From: Isurus oxyrinchus
Lineage: Eukaryota
DNA length: 64,000 nt
Assembly (NCBI GenBank): GCA_026770705.1
Contig: JANJGN010000557.1
Coordinates: forward strand, 248,001-312,000
Reading direction: 5' to 3'
The position numbers and the translations under genes were made by a program. Within the stretch, counting starts at the first letter, position 1. Every line of letters starts with the position of its first letter. Below the pieces are notes generated by a model. That model was given only the letters and a program-made list of their open reading frames with translations. It had not been told where the DNA came from and did not search any database. Of the stretch, positions 48,301-59,509 are shown one piece after another.

Positions 48301-51300
48301 TCCACATTCTCCCCACTCTCTGGGTAAAGAAGTTTCTCCTGAATTCCCCACTGGATTTATTAATGATTATCTTATATTGATGGATCCTAGTTCTGGCCTC
48401 GCTCCAACAAGTGGAAACATCTTCTCTACATCTACCCTATCGAAACCGTTTCATCATTTTAAGGACCTCGATCAGGTCACCCCCTCAGCCTTCTCTTTTC
48501 TAGAGACAAGAATACCAGCTTGTTCAGTCTTTCCTGTTAGTTATAACCTCTCAGTTCGGAGATCATCCATGTCAATCCCACTTGCACCTTCTCCAATGCC
48601 TGATTTAATAGGAGACTGACTCCCCCTCCATCACAAGCAGGATGTTCTAACCAATACTTACACTTTACACTCAGAGTAACTGAGTTGACCACTCGATGGC
48701 TGGTTTGAGGGTAGTCACAGGTACAGCGGAGAGTTCGTCCATGATGCTTGAACGAAGGGTTAAAGGTCAGTAGAGCAGAAACCTCACCACCGTTCTCTGT
48801 GATGGTGCTGACCGAGGAAGTCAGCAATTCACTCCAGGTTAGATTGGGGTGGTTATCAGGGCAGGTGTCGAGGCATTTACAGATGATATGTGCAGGAGTG
48901 CCCTCCTGTAAATCCTTCAGGAGCACAATAACTGGCTTATCTGGAACATCTGTAATAGAAAGTTCCAGATGTTAACAGACAAGTAGAAAAGAGATTTGAT
49001 TTGTCCTTTGATTTTTCAATAGGGTCACAGACACTCAGAACACAGAAGGAGGCCATTCAGCCCATCGAGTCCATGCTGTCACTCTGTAGACCAATCCAGT
49101 CAGTCCCATTCCCCCTCCTCTATCCCCGTATCCCTGCGAATTTATTTCCCTCAAGTGTCCGTCCAATTTCATTTTGAAATCGCCCATCGTCTCCACTTCC
49201 ACCATCCTCGTAGGCAGCGATTTCCAGCTCATTACCACTCGCTGTGTAAAAAAGTTCCTCCTCACATCCCCCCTCTTCCCACAACCTTCAATCTGTGTCC
49301 CCCAGTCCTTGTCCCATCAGCTAATGGCAACAGCTTCTCTTTGTCTACCTTATCTAAACCCATCATCATCTTGTACACCTCGATCAGATCCCCCCTCAAT
49401 CTCCTTTGCTCCAAGGAGAACAACCCCAGCTTCTCCAACCCAACCTTGTAGCTAAAATCCCTCATCCCTGGACCCATTCTGCTCAATCTCCTCTCCACCC
49501 AGAAGCAAAAAAACAGCTCAGACCAGGACTCTTATTTCCCAGTTTTACTGGTGTTCTATATTATTCTATACAAGACCAGTTTGGACCAGGACTCTTATTT
49601 CCCAGTTTTACTGGTGTTCTATATTAAGCTATACAAGACCAGTTTGGACCAGGACTCTTATTTCCCAGTTTTACTGGTGTTATATGTTAAGCTATACAAG
49701 ACCAGTTTCGAGCAGGACTCTTATGTCCCAGTTTTTACTGTTTTGTCCTCTTTGACACCCTTTCTGAAGCTCTTACATCTTTCCTGAAGTGTGGAGGCCC
49801 AGCGTTCTGAACAATATTCCAGCTGAGTTCTAACCAGTGATTTATAAAGTTCCCGCATGATCTCTTTGCTTTTAACTCGGTTCCTCAGTCTGTTAACACA
49901 AGGAAAATATTTGCTTTCTTAATCCCCTCAACAAGTTGCCCTTTAATCTTTCAGAATGTGTGCAGAGAGACACCCAGGTCTCTATTGTCCAACACTTGTC
50001 CAAATTGTTCGTGTCCAATATCTTTCTGTATTCATCCTGACAAAGTGCGTCACTTCACACTTCACTGCACTAAAATGCATCAGCTATGTGTCTGCCCACC
50101 TCACCCTGATCCTGCCCCTCTCGTGCCCAATCTCTCCTTATCACTACCCACTGCTTTGCCAATGATCCTCAGACTGTGGAGCACTCACGCAGCACTGACC
50201 CCCAACCATGCAGAACTCCCTCAGTACTGACACTCCGACACTGCAGCACTCCCTCAGTACTGACACTCTGATAGTGCAGTACTCCCTCAGTACTGACCCT
50301 CTGACAGTGCAGCACTCCCTCAGTACTGACCCTCCGACAGTGCAGCACCCCATCAGTACTGACTCTCTGAAAGTGCAGCACCCCCTCAGTATTGACACTC
50401 TAACAGTGCAGCACCACCTCAGTACAGACCCTCTGACAGTGCAGCACTCCCTCAGTACTGACCCTCTGACAGTGCAGCACTCCCTCAGTACTGACCATCC
50501 GACAGTGCAGCACTCCCTCAGTACTGACCTTCTGACAATGCAGCACTCCCTCAGTACTGACCTTCTGACAGTGCAGCACTCCCTCAGTACTGACCCTTCG
50601 ACAGTGCAGCACTCCCTCAGTACTGACCCTCTGACAGTGCAGCACTCCCTCAGTACTGACCCTCCAACAGTGCAGCACCCCATCAGTACTGACTCTCTGA
50701 AAGTGCAGCACCCCCTCAGTATTGACACTCTAACTGTGCGGCACCCCCTCAGTACTGACCATCTGACAGTGCAGCACTCACTCAGTACTGATCTTCTGAC
50801 AGTGCAGCACTCCATCAGTACTTACCCTTCGACAGTGCAGCACTCCATCAGTACTGACCCTCTGACAGTGCAGCATTCCCTCAGTACTGACCCTCCAACA
50901 GTGCAGCACCCCATCAGTACTGACTCTCTGAATGTGCAGCAGCCCCTCAGTATTGACACTCTAACAGTGCAGCACCCCCTCGGTACTGACCCTCTGACAG
51001 TGCAGCACTCCCTCAGTACTGACCATACGACACTGCAGCACTCCCTCAGTACTGACCTTCTGACAGTGCAGCACTCCCTTTTCACTGACCTCTGACAATG
51101 CAGCACTCCCTCAGTACTGACCTTCTGACAGTGCAGCACTCCATCAGTACTGACCCTTCGACAGTGCAGCACTCCCTCAGTACTGACCCTCTGACAGTGC
51201 AGCACTCCCTCAGTACTGACCCTCCAACAGTGCAGCACCCCATCAGTACTGACTCTCTGAAAGTGCAGCACCCCCTCAGTATTGACACTCTAACTGTGCG

Positions 51301-53166
51301 GCACCCCCTCAGTACTGACCTTCTGACAGTGCAGCACTCCCTCAGTACTGACCATCTGACAGTGCAGCACTCACTCAGTACTGATCTTCTGACAGTGCAG
51401 CACTCCATCAGTACTTACCCTTCGACAGTGCAGCACTCCATCAGTACTGACCCTCTGACAGTGCAGCATTCCCTCAGTACTGACCCTCCAACAGTGCAGC
51501 ACCCCATCAGTACTGACTCTCTGAATGTTCAGCAGCCCCTCAGTATTGACACTGTAACAGTGCAGCACCCCCTCGGTACTGACCCTCTGACAGTGCAGTA
51601 CTCCCTCAGTACTGACCCTCTGACAGTGCAGCACTCCCTCAGTACTGACCATACGACACTGCAGCACTCCCTCAGTACTGACCTTCTGACAGTGCAGCAC
51701 TCCCTTTTCCCTGACCTCTGACAGTGCAGCACTCCCTCAGTACTGATCCTTTGACACTGCAGCACTCCCTCAATACTGACCCTCTGACAGTGCGGCACTC
51801 CCTCAGTACTGTGCCTGATCACATCCTGGACTTTGTTCTGACATCTCCTGGAGCAGGAATTGAACCCATGACTGCCTGGCTCTGAGATGAGAACATGACC
51901 CCCTTGTGCTGAGAGACTGAGTGTGAAAGGAACTGGGACTTACCAAGAACCTGGAGTTGGACTGGTTGTGTAAAAGTGTGATCTGTGTAGCCCTCCACAT
52001 CCACATAAAAGTAATACACATCACTGTCTTCAGCTCTGAGACTGTCAATCCTCACCGAACAATTCTTCCCTTCCAAGTCGCCGATTATTTTAGCACGTCC
52101 CACGAATGTGGCCATCCCATAATTGGGATCTTTGGTGTATGTGATGGTATATTTCCATCTATACCAATATTTATACCAAGCTCCGTGCAGTGCTGTGTAA
52201 GAGTGGGAAGGAAAGTCAAAGCTACACGGAATAACCACACAAGAGCTGCTGATGGCCCTCTGAGGCAGCGCCTTCATAGACCATCCCTCTGACGTCACTC
52301 CTGAAAGGCAACAAGGGAGGGGACAGGACATCAAAAAGCAGTATATTACTTCAATGGAGAGAGTCTACAGAATGTGACACAGAGGGATCTGGGTGTCCAT
52401 GTACATGAATCACAGAAAGTCAGCATTCAGGAACAGCACAGAATGAGGAAGGCAAGTGGAATGTTGGCCTTTATTGCAAAGGGATGGAGTATAAAAGGAG
52501 GGGAGTCTTGCTACAACTGTACAGGGCGTTGGTGAGATTGTATCAGGAGCAGTGTGTACAGTTCTGGTCTCCTTACTTAGGGAGGGATAGACTCTGCATT
52601 GGAGGCAGTTCAGAGGAGGTTCACTGGGCTGATTCCTGGGATGAAGGGGGTTTGTCTTATGAGGAAATGTTGAGCAGGTTGGGCCCTGTATCCATTGGAG
52701 TTTAGAAGAACGAGAGGTGATCTTATTGAAACATATAAGATTCTGAGGTGGTGGGGGGTTTGACAGGGTGGATGCTGAGGGGATGTTACCCCTTGTGGGG
52801 GAATCCTGTGACGCAATAAGGATGTTTTACTGCATTAAAGGTGCTATATAAATGCACTGTCATTCCTATTGAAACAAGCTCTCTGATGCACAAACAGAAA
52901 ATGCTGGAAAAACTCAGCAGGTCTGACAGCATCTGTGGAGAGAGAAACAGAGTTGACGTTTCGAGTCCGTATGAGTCTTTTTCTTTTGCTATATTCTCTG
53001 ACTCGCTATTCACTCACTCTCTGTGTGATCACTAACCCTGTTCTCTAAAATTAAATGTTCACTTCCTCACTCCAGGAAAGAATCCAATTCCCTGAGTTCC
53101 GATCAGTAATGAATTTGTACCTTGCAGCAAGCTGATGAAGATCAATATCAGACCGACCTCTCCCAT
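33150..53166 (-). CDS. Gene B: inhibitory CD22/MAG-like Siglec receptor, 7 Ig domains, 813 aa. Exons 53166-53121, 52300-51944, 48949-48662, 47476-47219, 44686-44429, 42988-42731, 41290-41033, 39608-39351, 35363-35267, 34401-34320, 34145-34113, 33398-33150.
   Basis: Twelve GT/AG exons with compatible phases sum to 2442 nt (814 codons) and are open throughout: leader, V, six C2, TM, ITIM and ITSM. Confidence 0.88.
33780..34085 (+). repeat. 33-bp minisatellite (degenerate) in a gene B intron
   Basis: About 9 units. Confidence 0.9.
34113..34145 (-). CDS. Gene B cytoplasmic mini-exon (KPEHKNADTSE)
   Basis: Long CT tract with cAG acceptor, GAG|GTCAGC donor, 33 nt, phase 0-0. Paralogue at 62869-62837. 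Confidence 0.65.
34320..34401 (-). CDS. Gene B cytoplasmic exon 1 (RKTAMEERVSGTRDIALTPRSLSVKHQ)
   Basis: ttgcAG acceptor and CAG|GTACAG donor, phase 2-0, matching the TM exon. Confidence 0.8.
35267..35363 (-). CDS. Gene B transmembrane exon (uncharged TM)
   Basis: ttacAG acceptor and AA|GTAAGT donor. RDCSKWTVGLLTAGIMLSVFLAGIFIFICVR. Confidence 0.9.
36600..37725 (+). mobile_element. PIF/Harbinger DDE transposase, degenerate
   Basis: GFPxVQGTIDCTHV, NHKGFHSLNMQLVCD, WLLGDKDYP, RYNEAQAATRNLV, IVIVCCALYN, with stops and frameshifts. Confidence 0.9.
37726..38880 (-). mobile_element. Harbinger ORF2 (Myb/SANT-like) relic, convergent with the transposase
   Basis: TQCRKRMNDLLRSTS|GTAAG, then DKLAHNRRGRSQTGG..LTELENRVIQLAG. 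Confidence 0.8.
39351..39608 (-). CDS. Gene B repeated C2 exon (domain 7)
   Basis: 258 nt, phase 1-1, ISLSCSSDGNP..FTW..ISYYCEAT. Confidence 0.9.
41033..41290 (-). CDS. Gene B repeated C2 exon (domain 6)
   Basis: 258 nt, phase 1-1, open. Confidence 0.9.
42731..42988 (-). CDS. Gene B repeated C2 exon (domain 5)
   Basis: 258 nt, phase 1-1, open. Confidence 0.9.
44429..44686 (-). CDS. Gene B repeated C2 exon (domain 4)
   Basis: 258 nt, phase 1-1, open. Confidence 0.9.
45714..45760 (-). pseudogene. Truncated C2 exon copy (acceptor plus ~47 nt)
   Basis: SPHNMSVRMTLEKGK, then a deletion. This unit is ~620 bp shorter than the others. Confidence 0.9.
47219..47476 (-). CDS. Gene B repeated C2 exon (domain 3)
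   Basis: 258 nt, phase 1-1, open. Confidence 0.9.
48662..48949 (-). CDS. Gene B C2 exon (domain 2)
   Basis: ttacAG acceptor and T|GTAAGT donor; 288 nt. DVPDKPVI..IICKCLDTCPDNHPNLTW..LTFNPSFKHHGRTLRCTC. Confidence 0.92.
49035..49500 (-). mobile_element. CR1-type LINE 3' end
   Basis: LGLFSLEQRRLRGDLIEVYK..TRTGGHRLK and RRNFFTQRVV motifs. Confidence 0.92.
49521..49740. repeat. 63-bp tandem repeat, about 3.5 units
   Basis: GACCAGGACTCTTATTTCCCAG at 49521, 49584 and 49647. Related sequence at ~22270-22370. Confidence 0.92.
50170..51812 (+). repeat. Large 33-bp minisatellite (~50 units) in the gene B V-C2 intron
   Basis: Direct inspection. Confidence 0.97.
51944..52300 (-). CDS. Gene B V-set exon; essential Arg replaced by Tyr
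   Basis: tttcAG acceptor and G|GTAAGT donor; 357 nt. SCVVIPC and NCSVRI Siglec cysteines; F strand reads DSDVYYFYVD. Confidence 0.93.
53121..53166 (-). CDS. Gene B signal peptide exon (MGEVGLILIFISLLQ)
   Basis: Acceptor before 53180, ATG at 53166, CAAG|GTACAA phase-1 donor. Confidence 0.85.
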
Positions 53167-53434
53167 CTTCAGTTCCTCATCTAAATGGAAAATGATAAAG
53201 ACAGAGACTTTTTCATAAATTGTCCCCAGCGTTTCTTCCTCAAACAACAACAACTTGTGTTTAAATGGCACCTTTCAGTGAATTAAACAGCCCCAGAGAA
53301 TAAACTAATGTCAAGACAAGGAAGGAGAGATTGAGAAGGGACATCGCAAACTGATTCACCAAACACGGCAAAAATTCATTGGTCCCTCACTCCCTGTGCT
53401 GGGTGTCCAGCTTTTTCTCTCAGTGAGTTTAGCC

Positions 53435-55583
53435 CTCACAATCTCTCTCTATCACACTCTTCTGCTCTATCTCTCTCTCTCTCACATAGATTCTCTCTCT
53501 AACACTCACAATCTCTCTCTATCACACTCTTCTGCTCTATCTCTGTCTCTCTCACAGACACATTCTCTCTATAACACTCACAATCTCTCTCTATCACACT
53601 CTTCTGCTCTATCTCTCTCTCACACACACACATTCTCTCTCTAACACTCACAATCTCTCTCTACTGCACTCTTCTGCTCTATCTCTCTCTCACACACACA
53701 CACATTCTCTCTCTAACACTCACAATCTCTCTCTATCACACTCTCCTGCTTTATCTCTCTCACACACACACACACATTCTCTCTCTAACACTCACAATCT
53801 CTCTCTATCGCACTCTTCTGCTCTCTCTCTCTCTCACACGCACACTCTCTCTAATATTCACAAGCTCTCTCTATCACACTCTCCTGCTTTATCTCTGTCT
53901 CACACACACACATTCTCTCTCTAACACTCACAAGCTCTCTCCATCACACTCTTCTGCTCTATCTCTCTCTCACACACACACATTCTCTCTCTAACACTCA
54001 CAATCTCTCTCTATTGCACTCTTCTGCTCTATCTCTCTCTCTCACCCACATTCTCTCTCTAACAATCACAATCTCTCTCTATCACACTCTTCTGCTCTCT
54101 CTCTCTCTCACACACACGCATTCTCTCTCTTACACTCACAATCTCTCTCTATCACACTCTTCTGCTCTATCTCTCTCACACGCACACATTCTTGCTCCCT
54201 CTCCCAAACACACACTCTCTCGCACTGACACTCTCTCTCACACAGACACACTCTCATACACACTCTCTCACACACACAATCTCTCTCTCAAACACACACT
54301 CTCGCACATTCTCTATCTCAAACACATACATACTCACTCACACAAACTCTCTTTCTCTCACAAACATTCTCAAACACACACTCTCGTACAGACAATCTCT
54401 CACACACACACTTTCGCTCACACACACTCTCACACACACAATCCCTCTCTCTCAAACACACACTCTCGCACAGACATTCTCTATCTCAAACACATACATA
54501 CTCACTCACACAAACTCTCTCTCTCTCACAAACATTCTCAAACACACACTCTCGTACAGACTCTCTCTCACACACACTCTTTCGCTTACACACACTCTCT
54601 CACACACACAATCCCTCTCTCAAACACACACTCTCGCACAGACATTCTCTATCTCAAACACATACACACTCTCACTCACACACACTCTCTCTCTCTCAAA
54701 CACACTCTCTCTCAAACACACTCTCTATCACACATGCACACAGTCTCTATCAAACACACACACTGTCACACACACACACTCTCACACACACACTTTCTCT
54801 CACACACTCTCTCTCACACATGCACACACTCTGTCAAACACAGACACTGTCAAACATACACACTGTCACACACACACACTCTCTCACACACACTCTCACA
54901 CATGCGCACAGTCTCTATCAAACAAACACACTGTCACACACACACACTCTCACACACACACTCTCTCTCACACACACTCTCTCACACATGCACACATTCT
55001 GTCAAACNNNNNNNNNNNNNNNNNNNNNNNNNNNNNNNNNNNNNNNNNNNNNNNNNNNNNNNNNNNNNNNNNNNNNNNNNNNNNNNNNNNNNNNNNNNNN
55101 NNNNNNNNNNNNNNNNNNNNNNNNNNNNNNNNNNNNNNNNNNNNNNNNNNNNNNNNNNNNNNNNNNNNNNNNNNNNNNNNNNNNNNNNNNNNNNNNNNNN
55201 NNNNNNNNNNNNNNNNNNNNNNNNNNNNNNNNNNNNNNNNNNNNNNNNNNNNNNNNNNNNNNNNNNNNNNNNNNNCACACTCTCTCTCTCTCAAACATGC
55301 ACACTCGCCCTATTTCAAACACACTCTCGCACAGTCACATACACACACTCTCTCACACTCACACACACTTCCTCACACACACACTTGCTCCCTCTCTCAA
55401 ATATGCACACACTCTCAATCTCTCCCATGCACACTGTCTTACATGCAGTCTCTCACATTCTCTCTCTCTCACACACTCTCTCACACACTTTCTCATGCAC
55501 ACTCTCTCACATTCTCTCTCTCTCACACTCTCTCACACACACAGTCTCTTGCTCTCTCTCCCACACACACTCTCTCTCTCTCT
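53435..55583. repeat. Expanded CT/CA compound microsatellite, containing the gap at 55008-55275
   Basis: Paralogue of 27725-28402, about 3 times longer. Confidence 0.92.
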
Positions 55584-55646
55584 GACATGGAAGGTTGTTA
55601 TTTTAAGACCTGCTCAAGATTTCAGCTCAAAACGCAGTTGGACACA

Positions 55647-55980
55647 CAGTGAGGGAGTGCTGAGGGATGTCAGAATTGTTGGAGGGTCAGTACTGAGGAA
55701 GTGCTGCACTGCCAGAGGGTCAGTACTGAGGGAGTGCTGCACTGTCAGAGGGACAGTATTGAGGGGGCACAGCACTATCAGAAAGTCAGTACTGAGGGAG
55801 GGCTGCACTGTCGGAGGGACAGTACTGAGGGAGTGCTGCACTGTCGGAGGGACAGTACTGAGGGAGTGCTGCACTGTCAGAGGGTCAGTACTGAGGGAAT
55901 GCTGCACTGTCGGCGGGTCAGTACTGAGGGAGTGCTGCACTGTCAGAGGGTCAGTACTGAGGGAGTGCTGCACTGTCAGA
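55647..55980 (-). repeat. 33-bp minisatellite
   Basis: About 10 units; paralogue of 28463-29125. Confidence 0.95.
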
Positions 55981-57281
55981 ACTGTCGTATTTTAGATGAT
56001 GATAGAAATTAGAAACATGCCTCGTTTATAATTCTATATCAGCAGCTCAAAATAACTAGATTAGTCCTGTACATTTCACTTCACTGTAAATTGATTGAGG
56101 CTTCATTCCCTTAGAAACCAGGCTCGTGTGATGACTATTTTTAAATAATGTTTGTTATTTGGAACAAGGGGCCATGCCTGAACAGATAACTGTCGGATCA
56201 AGCAGCTGGGTTTTTTCTTGTACCTGGCTTCATTCAGATGTTTGCTGCTGGACATGAGATCATTAATGTGTGAATGTAGAATCGGAGTCACCTCAGTGAA
56301 CAGCAGCATTGGTTGAACAGCCTGATCTGCAATAAGAACTGCTGAACACAATGTCCGTTCAGAACAGCTCGGTCCCCGATCAGAGAAACAGCCTCAGACA
56401 GAACCAACTGACGCTGGAATCCATACAATTCATCAACGTGTTGGGAGTTAGTTTGATGTCGGAGATGGAGTGTTACTGGGAAGGAGGGAACCCGTCAGGA
56501 TGAACAGCTCGATGTACGACAAGGAAAGGATGAGCTAAGAGGGGTTGGTTACGGACAGACGGAGCGTGTGAAGACTCAACAAGCTAATGGCAGGTGAAGA
56601 GCTGGAAAGGTGTCTTTTCAACACAAGGTTTAGACACAGAACTTGATGTTTGATCGGGTATTTCAAACCAGAGAAACTCTTTCAGGGTGAATGGACCTTG
56701 TCAATAATCCATCCAGCCAACCTCGCCTGGAGATTAGTCCAATATTAGACACTAAACCGAGACCCCCGTCTGCCCTCTTGGGCGGGTGTGAAAGATCCCA
56801 CAGCCACTATTTGGAGGAAGAGCAGGGGGGAGATCTCCCCGGTGTCCTGGGACCAATATTTATCCTTCAACCAACATCACCAAAAACAGATGCTCACATT
56901 GCTGTTTGTGGGAGCTTGCTGTGCGCTAGTTGGCTGCTGCGTTTCCTACATTACAACAGTAACCACACTTCGAAAAAAGGGTGAACTCAACTGTAAAGTG
57001 TTCTGGGACATCCAGAGACCATGCTGTACAGAAGAGATTTGACAGGAGCAGCAAGTGTTTTACTTACAGGAGAATGAGTCCCCAGGGTTGTAGAGTCAAT
57101 CCTGTCAGATGAATGTCTAACTGGAGACACTTCAGGGAGCTGATCTAATTCTGGAAATGTTCAGTTTACCAGGATCGGAGGAGAGATGATCTTCCTCTCC
57201 TGACTGCATCGGACACGAGGTGAACTGGCTCTGGGAGGAGGGTCAGTGTTAACCCAGTTTTTCTGTGTTTGAGGGAGATGT

Positions 57282-57316
57282 GAAACTGGGGAAGTCACGT
57301 GGTTTATTGGTGTGGT
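57282..57316 (-). promoter_or_regulatory. Candidate promoter or enhancer upstream of gene B
   Basis: Same ETS, E-box, CCAAT and RUNX cluster as 30428-30462. Confidence 0.4.
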
Positions 57317-57458
57317 CACTCCATGTCTTTATTTGGTGCAGCACTCGTTTAGTTCATGTCATTCTTTCAATGCTACAAAACCACAGCGCATTCTGGACTA
57401 TTTCTGCCTGACCTGCTGTCAGATACACACAGTCTCACAGAGAGGCACAAACACACAC

Positions 57459-57505
<47 letters not shown>

Positions 57506-57724
57506 TACAACAAATAAACATACACAAACACTGCACACGAACACACAAACACACACACACACACACATACTCACAACCAGAAACACACACACACACACAC
57601 ACGCACAAAAACACACACACATACAGGCACACACTCATACACACAAACACACACATGCTCAAACACATACACACACACATACACTAGAATCTCTCTCTCA
57701 CAAACACACATACACACGCGTAGA

Positions 57725-57984
57725 NNNNNNNNNNNNNNNNNNNNNNNNNNNNNNNNNNNNNNNNNNNNNNNNNNNNNNNNNNNNNNNNNNNNNNNNNNNN
57801 NNNNNNNNNNNNNNNNNNNNNNNNNNNNNNNNNNNNNNNNNNNNNNNNNNNNNNNNNNNNNNNNNNNNNNNNNNNNNNNNNNNNNNNNNNNNNNNNNNNN
57901 NNNNNNNNNNNNNNNNNNNNNNNNNNNNNNNNNNNNNNNNNNNNNNNNNNNNNNNNNNNNNNNNNNNNNNNNNNNNNNNNNNNN
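57725..57984. other. Assembly gap
   Basis: Run of N. Confidence 1.
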
Positions 57985-58659
57985 TTCTCAGAGTGAAACC
58001 TCCCTGAATATGGCTGGTGTGTTTAACATTTGAGACACTCAGACAGGATGTGGTTAAAACGTGAAGCCACAAGGAGCGAGTGTCTTTCCCAGTGACTGTC
58101 ACTCTGTGGGTTTCCTGTGGGTTTCTGTGGGCTTAAGTGAAAACATGAGATGGATTCACAAGACACAGACTCGGAGTTGGCATTGTCCCACCACCACTCG
58201 CTGGTACAGATATTCTGCAGTCATGTGGTTAGCTGCCAAAGACTCAGAGGGTGGACGAATGATGGACAGTGCCATGCTCATTATCACATCCATTTGCCCC
58301 CTTGCCACCCGTCCATCAGCAGGTGCCCACACTGTTGACCCTTGCCCAGGTCCCTCGCAGCTGCTCACTGTCACGACATAACAGCTTGAGTCAGAGGGAG
58401 GAAACCGGTAGGGCTGTGGGTGGTGACGGAGCACCGCGTGTTCCCACAGAGTCACAGCCACAACATGCCTGGCACCGAGCATTCTTGCAGAGCCGGTCTC
58501 TCCACCAAACCTTCCCAGTAATCACTGGTGATGCAGTGAAAATGGTTCGTGTGGACAAGCACACAAAAGTCAACGGGAGCTTTGTAATCTGAATGGACCG
58601 TGACCCTTTTCACCTTACCTTTCCGTTGATAGAATGTCACACAGCGGGGACGCTGGGGA

Positions 58660-58870
58660 AGGGCTGGGTCCAGCTGCTCCGTGCTCTCCTGATAGGACCT
58701 TCCTGTTTTGGTGGAAGAGATCCAGAAGAGGAGAGCAGCCCTGTATTCGGCTGGTCACCGTAATGATCCTGCAGCAACCAAGAGGGCCTGGGTTCAAATA
58801 GCGGCTGTGGTGAGTGCAATACGAGCCCATCAGCGCTGGACAAAGTTCAATGAGCTGCTGCGTTCTCTCT
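58660..58870 (+). mobile_element. Harbinger-type Myb/SANT-like domain relic
   Basis: LVEEIQKRRAALY..TKRAWVQIAAVVSA..QRWTKFNELLRS. Confidence 0.7.
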
Positions 58871-59509
58871 ATTGCCCATATCAAAGCCTTTAATCATCAT
58901 AAACCCCTCGATTAGATCACCCCTTAATCTTCGAGACTCGAGGGAACACAAGCCTGGTCTGTGCAACCTGTCCTCGGGATTTAACCCTTTCAGCCCCGGG
59001 ATCATTCTGGTGAATCGGTACAGCATCCTCTCCATGGACAATATATCCTTCCTAAGCTGCAGGCCCCAGACCTGAACGCAGTGCGGGGACCTTTATAAAA
59101 CTGTGCCAGACACTTCAAAAATCTCTTCAATTCAACCTTGTAAACGCAGTAGGAAAAATCCCATGGGGCCATTGTATCTTAGCAACATCATAAACTTGGC
59201 CGAAAGAATCCCCCTGGTCACCCCTGAGTGTTACTCATATTGTAAACACAACGTATAGAGCTCCTCCAGTCTCTGAGAAGCAAAACTAGGACACTAGAGC
59301 ACCACCACTGGCAGGAGGCTGTAATTACAGTGTGACATGTTTACATGGGAATGTTCCATTACCAATGACACAGGAATTTAAATAATCAGAAGGGCATGTG
59401 ACAACAGGAAGTGATGCCTTGGAGAATGGAATTATTCATAAGAGTATGTGTTTAATTTGATAAAAATGTACAGAAATGTCAGAGCATTTTAGTTACTTCT
59501 TTATTTAAT

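Noticed and set aside
50170-51812. CRISPR-like regular array
   Set aside because: Head-to-tail units with no unique spacers, no cas genes, eukaryotic context.
33150-53166. Naming gene B CD22 or MAG
   Set aside because: The 7-domain count comes from recent duplication, the tail has only two Tyr motifs and the V lacks the Arg. Orthology needs a phylogeny.
54014-55995. His/Thr/Ser/Leu-rich ORFs of 390-520 aa
   Set aside because: CA/CT microsatellite read through an N gap.
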